A stretch of DNA of 64,000 bases, from contig OZ024740.1 of NCBI GenBank assembly GCA_964016885.1, positions 347,014,001 to 347,078,000 on the forward strand, read 5' to 3'. The position numbers and the translations under genes were made by a program. Positions 26,773-39,763 of this stretch are shown in pieces. Position 1 is the stretch's first letter. Each line of letters begins with the position of its first letter. This DNA is from Eledone cirrhosa (Eukaryota). The notes beneath the pieces were generated by a model. It was not told where the DNA came from. It was given only the letters and a program-made list of their open reading frames with translations, and did not search any database.

Positions 26773-28053
26773 TATATAATTTGGACAAAATTAACACAAC
26801 TTTGATTTTAATTAGACATTAGTTTCATAAATATATGTTCGATATAAATGATTTATTTGTATATAAAACATTCATAAAATGCATTTTTTATTATTCACGC
26901 GTGTCTTATCTCACGGGCTTTACAGTAGTTGTTTTAATGGAACACATCTTGAGAACAAATGTACAGATTTAGGTTTGGTTGTATCGATGCAGATAATAAT
27001 AATAAATACTAAAACATTCAAAAAGCAATTTAATCAAATGTACTTCTGTGTCAATTTTAAATGTCGATGTGTTTTAAGTTGTGTAAATGAACAAAAATTA
27101 ATTGCTGAGTATTGCTCAGATTTCTAATAGTCAGGACAACACGTTGTTTCTGTATAATTCCATCACCATCTAGGAATAATCATAAAGAGGGTGAGGGTTG
27201 CAGGGGGAATAGGTGGTGCAGTTAGGTATAGATTTTTGAAGCTGAAAATAGGGACAAACCAACGTGTTTCGTCATGTTATCTTAAAGAATGTATTTATTC
27301 GGTGAACAACTAATTGAATAATTAAATAAGATTTATTATTGCTTAACCAATAGTCGAACGGTGTTTAGTTTAGGCTAAGCTGAGACTAAGCAGCCTACTA
27401 ACAAAGATGATTACAACAAGCACAGTTATTCTCCTGTGTATTTCTCATATAGGTCTATAATATCTAACGTGTTTATACATTTTGAAATACTGACATGTGG
27501 AATCGTTGCGAAACTGCTTTGCTTTCTCTAGGAAGAGCGACCACGTAATGCCCAAACCCACCATCATAGCGCGACTAAATACACGTTTACATTTAAATTA
27601 AGTGACATGTAGAAATATAAATGAATATAAATGGTAAACCTGTAAATAGCGGTTTGGCCTTGAAAGTACTGTTTTAACACATTATGTAGATGCCACAATG
27701 AAATGTCTCTTCAATGAAATCAAATTCTTATATATGATCAATTCTATTTTTAGATAATATTAACTCTAGCATTTGCGCAGTCATGTAACATTTTTCGTTC
27801 TATATATTTCGTTCCGAAATACTTACAAAGAGCAGTATAATTTTGCATGGAATCTATACGCGTTTTAATGTAAATTTGAATCTGAACGAGATACTATATT
27901 CCCAACAGGGGTTCGAGGAAATGCTTTCGTAAAATGGGATCGTGAGGAAAGTACGCCGATATATTTTATATCATCATGAACATATATATATCTATATATA
28001 TATATATTTATATATATATATACATATACATATATATACATATATACATATAC

Positions 28054-28178
<125 letters not shown>

Positions 28179-28901
28179 TATATATATATATATATATATA
28201 TAGATATATATGAGAGTGGGTGTGTATATATATATACATGTATACGATTTTATATTTGTAAATGTTTGACGCTGATAAATACATGCTTATACACCTACAG
28301 ATAATGAACTACACAAAACAAAATTGAAAAAGGAGATATGCGAATTTATAGTCATACATACAAAAATACAATCAAACACACCCACATTTCTCACACTTGC
28401 ACACATATACACACGCATATATATTGGGATGAAATAACTCTGAAATAAATACATATGGGTATATGTATGTGGGCTTCAGTGTGTCTCCTTGCCTGCTGTA
28501 TCTCTGCAGCCTGTATATCAATAAAATTCCAAGCGCATCCGTCCTTAGCTTCACTTAAGCTACAAATCCAATAACGCTTTCACATGTACAGTAATGAAAT
28601 TTGTCTCTAAATTTGATTATTGCAATATAATGCATTTCTTCATATCTTATTCACATACAGGGAAAATGTTGTAAGCTTATAGATATGGTTTTCTTGAATT
28701 ATATTATACATCAGTTGTGGTTATCAAGCAAGGATTCTCACATGCTTCTTATTTTCCAAACATGCTATTGAACCATGTTTGGAAATATGTTTTTGGAGCA
28801 GACTTACTACTTTTTTTATCTCTACTTGTATGATATCCTTCCTATTTATTTTTAGAGACCTTCCTGAAAATTACACACTCAGGCATACACATACGCACGC
28901 A

Positions 28902-29008
<107 letters not shown>

Positions 29009-29074
29009 ACACGCACCCATACACACACACACATACAGACACACACACACAACCCATATATATATACATTTGCG

Positions 29075-29330
29075 TGAAGGCATGTGGCTTAGTGGTTATA
29101 GCGTTTTATTCACAGCCGTGAGGTTGTGAGTTCGATTACCGGACCAGATTGTTCATTTTGTCTTTGGAAAAGACACTTTTTGTCATGTTTTTCCTGTTCA
29201 TTGAGCTGTATAAATGAGCTGCGATGTTACTGTTGCCAAGCTGTGTCAGTTCCTGCTTTTCCGTTGCACAACATCAGTGGCTTAGAGGGGGGAATACTAG
29301 ACATGGATCTTTCTGGGTGCAAAGAATTAG
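29075..29330 (+). mobile_element. tRNA-derived SINE family B (diverged)
   Basis: A-box tggcttagtgg, B-box gagttcgattacc, body similar to 7305-7420. Confidence 0.65.
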
Positions 29331-29576
29331 TAAAGCAAATAAATGTTAACATTTAAAACGAAACATTAAAATCCCTTACTCGTATCACTTATTCGACTGG
29401 TCTGCTTTCATTAGTTTCATCGGTCAACCCTAATATTTAATACTTATTACATCTCTCTACATTTGTCGAAGCTCGAGAATGTTTGAGGAGAAAACAGATG
29501 CCGAGGAACGTATCTCTCTCTCTCTCTCTCTCTCTCTGGGCATATATATATATACATATATTTATATATATGTATA

Positions 29577-29653
<77 letters not shown>

Positions 29654-29893
29654 GTTTGTTTTTATTGATTTATTATTTTAAATCGAGACAGGCAAACTGT
29701 ATTAATCTAATTAGTATTAATCTAATTAGTATTTTTCAATCTAGCTAACTTGGTCATTTACAATACAAATGCTTATATGTTTATATTAGTGTTTATCATA
29801 TATTAATTTATATTAACTTGTATTTCACGGCTCAGAAATGCTTCTATCTTTGAGCTATTTAATTGTAAAAGACTGTTTGAGTTTATAACTCTA

Positions 29894-29925
<32 letters not shown>

Positions 29926-30230
29926 TTCAAGAGTAACCAATCTTAAAGAGAGATATGGAGATAAGAGAGGAGAAGAGAGATTGGTGAATTAGTTAGAAGC
30001 CAAAGCGCAAAGGCATGTGCTCAATGTGTAATATGCAGGGGAAGTCAGCTAGGTGGCTTGGTTCATGCAGAGGTTAGGTGCACAGAGCTGGAAATATTCA
30101 TTAGTTAAGCAAAACAAGACTACAAATTTCACAAGGAAGACATTATTAAAAGATTGTCAACATAGTTTTAGTTTAATGTAAGGGATGTAGAGAATAATAA
30201 TAATAATAATATTAATAATGTTCGTTTACA

Positions 30231-31569
30231 GCTACTACGCTTCAATAACCCCGGCACTGCTCAACAAAGCATTATCCCTAGCCAGCACCAACTCGGACAT
30301 AACCAATAATGAGATTGACATTATACGTATGGCTAGGCAGACCATCATTGAATTCAACGGAGCACTCTGGACTAGAAAAGACAGAATATACAACTTTGAC
30401 ATCACTATGGGCTCAAGCGACTCTGAGCAAATCACCGATTTAGTTGCAATCCAACCCTTGCAAAGCGGAATATATAGGGACGACGCCCTATTTGCAGTCC
30501 ACAATTGCACTAATCGAGGCATTGACTTGCTCAAAAAACAATTACATAGATTCTTTAAAAATAACGGTCTCTCTATCACCATCGAGCCGATAACAATAAC
30601 TTATATTACCCTTATCATAAACGAGGTGAAATACTTACATATATTAGCCCACACTCTATATCATCCCATTGCTCATTGCTAGAATAGGAATGAGCAATGG
30701 GATGACAAATAACAAATGCCCAGGTAATAAAAAAAACCTACCAACTCCACTAGAACCCTTAGATGGAATAGGCCTAGAAATATCACCTGGCTTAACCCCC
30801 CATTCTCATCTAGTCTAGCCACTAATATCCCTTAACGCTTCTTCTATTTCCTGTCTAAACATTTCCTCCAAACCATAAATATTACAAACTCTTTAATAAA
30901 AACAATATTAAAATCTCATTCTCCACAACACCTAACCTAGCTAGCCACATCGCATTCAGTAACCATCATAAACTAAGACAGTATAACTCCCACACCGCGG
31001 TACCACCACCCCTATCAAATACACTACGCCACCTCACCAATACTTACTCTAGTAGCACACCTCCCCCATCTAATCCTTCTAGCACGCACCAACCGCATAG
31101 TTTAAACAACCATACTCTCACTAACCGCAGAAGTAACTGCAACTGCCGTTACCCTAATGCATGCCCACTAAATGGACATTGCCTGACACCCAATATAGTT
31201 TATAGGTGCACAGTTAAAACTGCTTCGCATACCAGCTCCTATATTGGCTCTACCTCTAACCCTTTTAAGGTACGCTATAATGCGCACTCTTTTTCCTTCC
31301 GAGATCCTAACAACAGATGTTCGACATCTCTAGCTAGGATCATCAAAAACCTTAAATTAACCAGCATTAAACACTCACTAACATGGGATATCTTGGTTAG
31401 GGCCCAACCCTTCAATGGACGAAGAATCTCTTATGACCTCTGTCTTACCGAAGCATATTACATAACTCTATCACTACCTCTACCGATTAACGATAGAACG
31501 GAGGTAACTATTAGCTGTCAACATCGAAGGGCTAATTCCTTCGCCAACAGAATATTTGACCCAACATAG
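30231..31569 (+). pseudogene. PLE reverse transcriptase + C-terminal GIY-YIG endonuclease (disrupted)
   Basis: YYASITPALL...FDITMGSSD...GIYRDDAL...GLSITIE; RNITWLNPPFS; CNCRYPNACPLNGHCLTPNIVYRCTV...SYIGSTSNPFKVRYNAH...DLCLTE...INDRTE...CQH, TAG at 31567-31569. Confidence 0.9.
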
Positions 31570-31945
31570 TCATCTAGTCCCATTTTTACTTATAGCTAAT
31601 AAGTTAAATAGTTATAGCTAACTTAGATAATTATAAGTTACCTCCCATACATTATCTCTCAATTAAAAAATGTTTCACTTCTTAACTATAAACTACCCAC
31701 AATTTCTAATTTCTCGAGGAGTTACTTCCCCTGAAACCACACTCTAATTAGTAAGGTAAATATGTTCATTGGCGGCCATTTTGTTACCCATAGGCAGATC
31801 TCGCACAATACAGCCTCGACAGAAGAATACTGCTCGACTATGGCAGACAATAGATATACCCAGGACACCATAGTGAAATACCAATATATGTAACATTACA
31901 TTCATGTAACATTCTTTCTTTATTTTAATTTATATTCCTTTTGAA

Positions 31946-32064
31946 GTTCCGATGAGCTGCTCTAATTGTACCTAAGTTAATTATCTTCAACTGAACCAGA
32001 TCAATAATGATCTATAATCATTTGATCCAGAAACATTATATGGAGTAGTGAAACAATTGTAAAC
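31946..32064 (+). ncRNA. Hammerhead motif in the PLE 3' pLTR (U4C, ~80-nt stem II loop)
   Basis: gtt CCGATGA gctgctct...ggagtagt GAAA caattg TA aac. Confidence 0.75.
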
Positions 32065-32087
32065 GGACATTATTAATATTATTATAA

Positions 32088-32253
32088 GGGCGGTATCAGT
32101 AGAGGGTCGGACGCCATACTTTGACGCATAGAGTTACGGCCCTTGCCATTCTGAGTTCAAATCCCGCCGAGGTTAACTTTGCCTTTCATCCTTACGGGGT
32201 CGATAAAATAAAGTACCAGTAATTGCTGGCCTTGTGCCAAAAGTAGAAACAAT
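32088..32253 (+). mobile_element. SINE family A inserted into the PLE pLTR
   Basis: attattaatattatta duplicated on both sides; absent from the inverted pLTR copy. Confidence 0.9.
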
Positions 32254-32391
32254 TATTAATATTATTATTATTCTCTACATTCCTTACATTACACTAAAAC
32301 TATGTTGACAATCTTTTAATAATGTCTTCCTTGTGAAATTTGTGGTCTTGTTTTGCTTAACTAATGAATATATATATATATATAATGGTTC

Positions 32392-32446
<55 letters not shown>

Positions 32447-32641
32447 TAAATCTACCAAAAGTTTACGGTAGTGTCCAATCCGTATGAAGAACTCAATGTA
32501 ATCCGGATATCATGGAAAGAAGAGATGCATTCAAAAATCACTTTCGGTGAAAGATAAACGGAATACAGAGTCAAGATAAAATATTAAAAATTTAATGAAT
32601 AAAACAAAGAAACAGTTCCTTATATTAAACAAAAAAAGTTC

Positions 32642-32776
32642 ATTATTTAACGATCGTTTCTAGGACATATATGTGTTAGAATTGGCATGCATATTCAAAA
32701 GATCTATGTACAAAATTATACAAACTATCAAGGAGAATATACATACCATCACATATATATGCTGTCTTCAAAAATA

Positions 32777-32778
<2 letters not shown>
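32642..32778 (-). ncRNA. Hammerhead-like motif (C3U, long stem II)
   Basis: rc: attattt TTGAAGA c...catatatatgtg...cacatatatg...ta GAAA cgatcg TT aaataat. Confidence 0.55.
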
Positions 32779-32820
<42 letters not shown>

Positions 32821-32926
32821 ATGGTTCAATTATATATATATATAATGGTTCAATTCCAGTATTGACTGCCAATACTGGAGTTGCACTATCAAGACCGTTG
32901 AGGTATGTCATACATCAATTAATGTA

Positions 32927-32988
32927 TTTTAACTGACGAGGACGTCCTGAAAAAACAGCACAGTCCCTTCGAAATATATATAATAAAA
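32927..32988 (+). ncRNA. Type I hammerhead motif (related to family H3)
   Basis: ttttaa CTGACGA ggac...gtcccttc GAAA tatata TA ataaaa. Confidence 0.7.
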
Positions 32989-33654
32989 CATATTTTGATT
33001 ATGTGAATGTCTTCATTTATTATTATTCTGAATAATAATAACTCCAGAAAACTGTTTTGTAGAGTGCTTTTAATCTATTGTAAAACTATATTCATTGAGT
33101 AATCAATGAACCATATTAATCTTTGGTCATATATATATACATATCTTTAATAAGAAACTGCGAAGTAGTTTCAGATGTTAAAGTCTATTATTGATAAGGT
33201 TGTGATATATATTTCAATGACGACAGTGGCCAACGAAATCAAGTATTTGTCAAGAGGAGTCTGATGTAGGAAAATCATCAGAACAGAAAATGGAAAGAAA
33301 TAAAACAGTTCAAATATGGCATGAAGAAACTGAAAGTCAAACAATTCAAAGGCTATTTGAACAGTGAGCAAGGACAGATTTTCGAGTTTAAAAAGTTGCC
33401 GAGTTGCACAGTGTTGCTTTTGGTTACAATCCACATCAAGAATATGACTCAGAACATTTATTCGGATTTTCCTAATGAACAAATTTTTTTCAAATTGTGG
33501 TGTTAAAACATGGAATGATGAGTCAACTTGATTGTGCTGTTTAAATGGAAAGATCTTTGAACAATTACCTAAATTACCAGCAATCTTGAGAGGTCTGCTG
33601 ATTGGTATAATTCCTAAATCAAGATATTTTCCTCAAAATATTCAGAAATAAAAT

Positions 33655-33720
33655 AATTGTTTCTACTTTTGGCACAAGGCCAGCAATTATCCCAGTGTAT
33701 TACTGGTACTTTATTTTATC
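33655..33720 (-). mobile_element. SINE family A 3' stub with TSD
   Basis: cagaaataaaa(a)taa on both sides. Confidence 0.8.
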
Positions 33721-33838
33721 CAGAAATAAAATAATGCATTCCAAATTAAAACATCTGAAGCAAATTGATCCATGAAGGGATCTTAAGCCCACTTTCGAGA
33801 TCCAAAGTCAAGTGTACATCTGATAGAATGTATATTTT

Positions 33839-33922
<84 letters not shown>

Positions 33923-34992
33923 TGTCTAATATGTGATTTTCCGTCTTTCAGAGTCTGTCTACACTATTTCTCTTCCTTGTAATTTTTCTTCTTATTCATT
34001 TTTCATGAAGTTATTTTGTTTAAATTTTACCAATTGCTATTGCTACTGTATCTTGCTATTGCTACGATAGCTCGCTTCCTGTTATTAAATGGAAATTTAC
34101 ACTGCGTATCTTTCCGTGCCTTTAAGTGATTGACTGCTACCTACTGAGCCGTGAAAATTCATTCTGTTATTACTTTTTTTCTTTGTAAGAATGTTGATGC
34201 TGTTGTTGGTTTGTTGTTGGCGGTGTTATTTTCTAATATGGTGCTGGTGATGGTCGTGGTCTTGGTGTACGTATATGTGATATGCTAATGATAGTAGTGA
34301 TGTTAGTAGGAATGATGATAAAAATGGATATATAATATGCCGGGTGCTTTTGTGGTAAGTGTATTATTACCCTTGGTACTGTTAATTGTAAAATGGGCAA
34401 CAGTAGTTATAAAATGTGTGTCTGTATTGGTGATGACAATAATAAACATGGTGGTTATGGATGTTCAGAGTGGAGGTTTTGGTTTTTGTCATGCTGCTGA
34501 TGATCTTAATTTTGCTGGTGGTACTGGAACTTTAGAATATTTAGTTACCTCTAGTTTTTGCTATAAGGTAGAATTTTGTCGGTTAAGGGAGGGAGTACTG
34601 AAAAACTAGTGGGTAGAAAATAAATAATCGAATGTTGCGGTTCTCAATAAGTTCACTGTGGCAGAAATTGCACTATCAAATTATTTGTTCGTTTAAGCTC
34701 ACATAAACTGTTTCAGTTTCCTGTTTTCTGTATCTAAAGACATTTGGCTTCCAGCTATCGAACGAGTTTATAATGTTCTATAATAGAAGTAAATCGTTGC
34801 TGTAAAATCTTTAACTCCTCTAAGTGTAACAGAGAAAAAGGTTATTTGTATTGTACGTTGGTTTCTCTCTTTCTAACGATTATCTTCGTTTTATATACTT
34901 ACTCATTTTTTTCCTCATCTATCAATACCTGACCGAGCACACGTGCGACATATATTTCGAATCATTCTCGCATACGTCGCTATACATATATG

Positions 34993-35024
<32 letters not shown>

Positions 35025-35150
35025 TATATATATACACATATATATATATTATAACATATAGATATATATAGATAAGTTTATATATATAAACAATTAAGTT
35101 ATATAGTGACGAAACATAAGTCAATTGCATGAACTCATAATCCTTTATTT

Positions 35151-35206
35151 ACTGCTATATATATTTCGATGATAGCCATTGAATGGCTATGACTTCATCA
35201 GGCAGT
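35151..35206 (-). ncRNA. Type I hammerhead motif
   Basis: rc: actgc CTGATGA agtc-atagccat-tca-atggctat-catc GAAA tatata TA gcagt; lies in an island between TA tracts. Confidence 0.85.
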
Positions 35207-35265
35207 TAGTCAGTTCTTAGATATTCCAGCTCTGTGTTTATAGTGTTAATGGTATCAGAGCCTTG

Positions 35266-35353
<88 letters not shown>

Positions 35354-35721
35354 GCCTATATATTGTGAAATGAAGGCACTTAACGATATTATGGAGTAAT
35401 CAGTATACAAGTTTGTGCCTCATTGAAGGAATTCGTGTAAATATCCGATACAAGCTGTTTGAAATTATTGGCAGGAAGTACATTTGATGTTTCGTAAATT
35501 ATACAGCTACTTCAGAAATTGAGAGTCTATCTAATCGTTAGATTGAAAATGTTTTACTCTGATGGGATATCCCTAACATGTATGTGACTCACTTTTATAA
35601 AAACACATGATTATCGTTATTATTTTTATTTTTATTTGTGCTTATTGTTGATATTTGCTTTGAAAGTAGAAAGCTTGATTGAAAGTTGTACTGTGATGCG
35701 TTATATTATTTTGACTTGTAA

Positions 35722-35905
35722 GGATTGGCAGTATCGGTAGAGGGTCGGACGCCATGCTGTGCAGCAAAGAGTTACGGCCATTTATAGTCGGTGTTCAAAT
35801 CCCGCTGAGGTTAACTTTGCCTTTCATCCTTACGGGGTCGATAAAATAAAGAACCAGTAATACACTGGAATAATTGCTGGCCTTGTGCCAAAAGTAGAAA
35901 CAATT
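35722..35905 (+). mobile_element. SINE family A with TSD
   Basis: attattttgac on both sides. Confidence 0.9.
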
Positions 35906-36549
35906 ATTTTGACATGTTATATGGCCTTCCAGAAGTTCGTATCTCACCCCTATATTGGTTGTTTGGGCGTATGATAAGTTTATTACCATAACGATGATAT
36001 ATGAAAAAGATATACAATTAATTAGATGATTATTTAATTAGTTAGTTCGAACCCAGCTGAAATCAGCCGTATACTATATTTCTCCCATGTTCGACAAAAT
36101 AAAATACCAATGAAGACAAATTGAAATCGATATGTGCGAATATTTTATCCCACAAAATATATAGTTTTGGCCAATGCTAGAAACCATTATTACAAGAGTA
36201 AAAGGAGATATTTGTTAGAGATTCTGATGAATTTCTCCGCAGAATGTAATTATGTTACTTCACCTTGAGAACACTAAACCTTGAGTTATATTTACCTTCT
36301 ATCTTTGCGTGATAGGGAAGTTAAATGAAACATGTAGAGTGATGGAATCGATATAATCAGTAATTCACTCACGCCCAAATTCTAGCCTTGTGCAAATACT
36401 AAAATTTATTAGTGACCGAATTGAATCCCGGCTTGAATAGATGACTCATAAAATTGAAACTTTAGTCGGGTTTTAATGATTCTTTATAACTGAAAAAACA
36501 ACAGGGCTTGCGGGTTCTTCAAAGAATCTTGAGATTGTAGAATACTTTT

Positions 36550-37430
36550 CTGGTATAGTAATGAAAGAGACTTTGTCATGTTACAATCTGTCAAGAAAGG
36601 TATTTTTAATTTTCATAATAATTTTTTATTCATCTCTATGTAATTTAAATCAGGAGTCCAGCATGCCATCATTACTAATCGTCACTGCAATTGGAAGCCC
36701 AAAAGTTTTACTAACTGTCTTCTCTTAAATCTTTTCAAATACTCCTCTTTCTTTTAACAGATAACACTGAGTGGGTAAGGAATTCGCATTTTAACTAATG
36801 TAAGTAGATTACTTTGTCGGGCAGCAACTAGGGAAAGTGTTTTCTAGCATAGCATTCGGTCACTGAATGGTCTTCGGGTGTACATTTACCCGTAGTTTGG
36901 TTTAACTCTAACACTTGACTAGTAAATGCAGTGAGAATAATGTTTTCTGCTGTAAAAATTTGCACCAGCACTTTGGTCTATAACTCCTTCAATTCTCGGA
37001 GACCCTAGAAGATAAAGTGTAAAATAATCTTCTCTTTCTAACAAAGTCATTAATAATATATATTCTTTGCGTGTTTTGTACCGTTCGTCCATGTTCAGAC
37101 ATTTCAAATTGACTTCACAAAAATGCTTTATATATTTCAATGACTGAGAAAATTTCGTCATATTTTTCTCAACATATTTTTCTCAAGTAAACCAAGCATA
37201 GAAAACGTTTTTGTTGTTAATTCAGTTGTGATTATTATTGAGACGATATTTGATCAAATGAGCTACCCGATGATCATCCCATGACTGTTTTCTGATGTGG
37301 TGTAACTATATTTTTTATGTGTGACACACGGAGGATTGGACAAATAATTTACCTAACTGAGGGACTACTTACCAATTACATACCTGGCTCGAAGTTGAGG
37401 ATTTTGCTTGAAATATTGGTATTATAGACT
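36550..37430 (-). mobile_element. Possible highly decayed Tc1-like transposase relic
   Basis: rc fragments read FLQQK.L...H and TPDLNYIE (cf. FQQDNA..H and SPDLNPIE) in the expected order; weak. Confidence 0.3.
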
Positions 37431-37689
37431 CACTCACGCATGTCTGCATTTGTGAGTTTATTACACTTACATCCACAGATAAGTACAGATGCAGACTCAG
37501 ATGTTTAGTATTGGTAATTAGCTATCAAATATGAATCTAAATCAATGTTATTTTATAGATATGGAATAAAAATGAAGTCTATAGGAAAACAACCACAAAA
37601 ATTAAAACAAACGTATTATATATATATATGCAAATTAGGCTGCTCAGCCGTTAATATACATAAGGAAAGTATATACTTTCAGACGTTCA

Positions 37690-38036
37690 ACCATCTGGCA
37701 GGAAGGTATACGATGCTGACGATAGTTAATAAGCTTGAAACTAGTACATCGTTCCTGTGTCAGTGTTGAACAAAAAGGTGACGTGGTTGCCTAAACACTG
37801 TACGGCGTAATTCGGGCTGTTTGTTTGTTTACAAGCAAATAAACCGACCATTATAATAAATCTCCGGTAAACCGATACGTGCATATATATATATGTGTGC
37901 ATGTATGTATATATATATATATATATACTACTGTACGTCTGTATACATATATGTATGTACGTATACATACATACATACTTACATTTAAGTAAGTGCCGTA
38001 CTAGGAGTGAGAAATGAAATTTCGTTTCATTCTATT

Positions 38037-38040
<4 letters not shown>
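37690..38040 (+). mobile_element. (TA)n-flanked family H2 element with hammerhead
   Basis: Reverse complement of 15463-15830. Confidence 0.8.
37711..37751 (+). ncRNA. Type I hammerhead motif
   Basis: cgatg CTGACGA tagttaataagctt GAAA ctag TA catcg; perfect stem I. Confidence 0.85.
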
Positions 38041-38084
<44 letters not shown>

Positions 38085-38090
<6 letters not shown>

Positions 38091-38385
38091 AAGACCCCCT
38101 TCGGTCACGAATGACCATGGGATTTGAATCAAGATAGTTCCCCACCGAGGCACAAGTCCGGGCAATGTTGTTTGTGGAATACCAGCAGTCGCCCAAGCAT
38201 ACCAGTATGCCCTCTACACGCCACCGATATTATTCTCGGGAAAGGCAATGGACGATACATCTTGACAACTCATTTCTACAGCTGAGTGAACTGGAGCAAC
38301 TTGAAATAAAGTGTCATACTTAAGGACATAACGCATCACATGGTCTGAAACACGAACACACAACCTCACGATTGCAATCCCGACG
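38085..38385 (-). mobile_element. SINE family B-related copy
   Basis: rc contains gttgctccagttcactcagctgtagaaatgagt; tail ...cccatggtcattcgtgaccgaagggggtctttacc. Confidence 0.65.
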
Positions 38386-39034
38386 CTATGCATATTCACA
38401 CACAATTAATTTATACTCAGATCCTTCGTTATTCATGCACACGCACACACACACAGACACTCTTAGACACTCTTACAACTAATACAGGCCCACTATATAT
38501 GCTCACTCCACTTTTCCCTGCACTGCTCCGTACATACACACACATACACACCCTTATATTAACATACTTTTGCTCATAGCTTCGTACTTACATACACATA
38601 CATTCTTTTACTCACATATACACACACATTTCTTCTTAGTTTCGTACGGACGTATAATAACACACCCAAACACACACACAAGCTTATGCACGTGCACAAG
38701 TATAGCTCTTTTTACAAAACGGTTGTCTTTTCCCATTTCAGGTAGTCGCGCTCCATCATCCACTTTTCTAAAAAATAAATCATACACAAAATGCCAGCAC
38801 CAACAGTTTTGCAAGAGATGTCAACATGAATGGACCTATTATTTTTTTATTTAGAGACAATTTTTCCAATTGCCACCCACCCATTCCCCTCAATCTATCT
38901 TATTTCTCATTCTTTCTTCTGATGTAGGAATAGCGCCCGCAATGTTTAGACCCTCTTCCTGCTATATCAAGCGTTAACCTAATATATCCTTTCCATATAC
39001 TGTACCGATTGTGTTGTTATTTCTGTTTACCATT

Positions 39035-39091
<57 letters not shown>

Positions 39092-39728
39092 GTATATATA
39101 TGTACACACATATATATATTTACATATACACACACAAACACACACACACACACACATATATATTTATATGCGTGTGTGTCAGAGTGCATGTGTGTGTTTG
39201 TGTGCACGCGTGCGTGTTTGCGTCTGCATGAGAAAAAAGAGAGTGAGGGAGATATATGGATAGAATGAGGAATGGGTTGAGAGTCCTTTTATAATACTGC
39301 ATTATACATAGGATACCTTGGATAATATTCTCATCTCTATATTTCCCAAGACTGGCATGTATAGTCGACCTTTTCTGCTATATTCCATCCAGTATAATTT
39401 TCTTCTTAATCTCACCTTAAAACCCAACACTAAGGAATTCTTCTATATATTACTACTTATCTATTTCAATTTTTCTATTAATCGTTCTATTATTATATAT
39501 CATAATGCATTTATTTCATGAATCGTTATGGTTTCTGTCTCTGTTATCAAATATTCTATCGATTTCATTCGAACTCTCATGCCACTCTATCGCTATCCCC
39601 CCACCTTCTTTTGAATCTATCAACCTCTATATACCTGTCTATTTATCTGTCTCTCCATTTCTGTTCAATTTTCCATTACATTCCCCCCCCCTCTTTCTCT
39701 CTGTACACTCACATGCACACATATATAC

Positions 39729-39763
<35 letters not shown>

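Larger units (their letters stand above)
30094..32372 (+). mobile_element. Penelope-like retroelement (PLE), 5'-truncated, with inverted 5' pseudo-LTR
   Basis: RT and GIY-YIG coding remnants; 30094-30230 is the reverse complement of the 3' end (32058-32085 + 32255-32372); 3' end runs into (TA)n. Confidence 0.9.
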
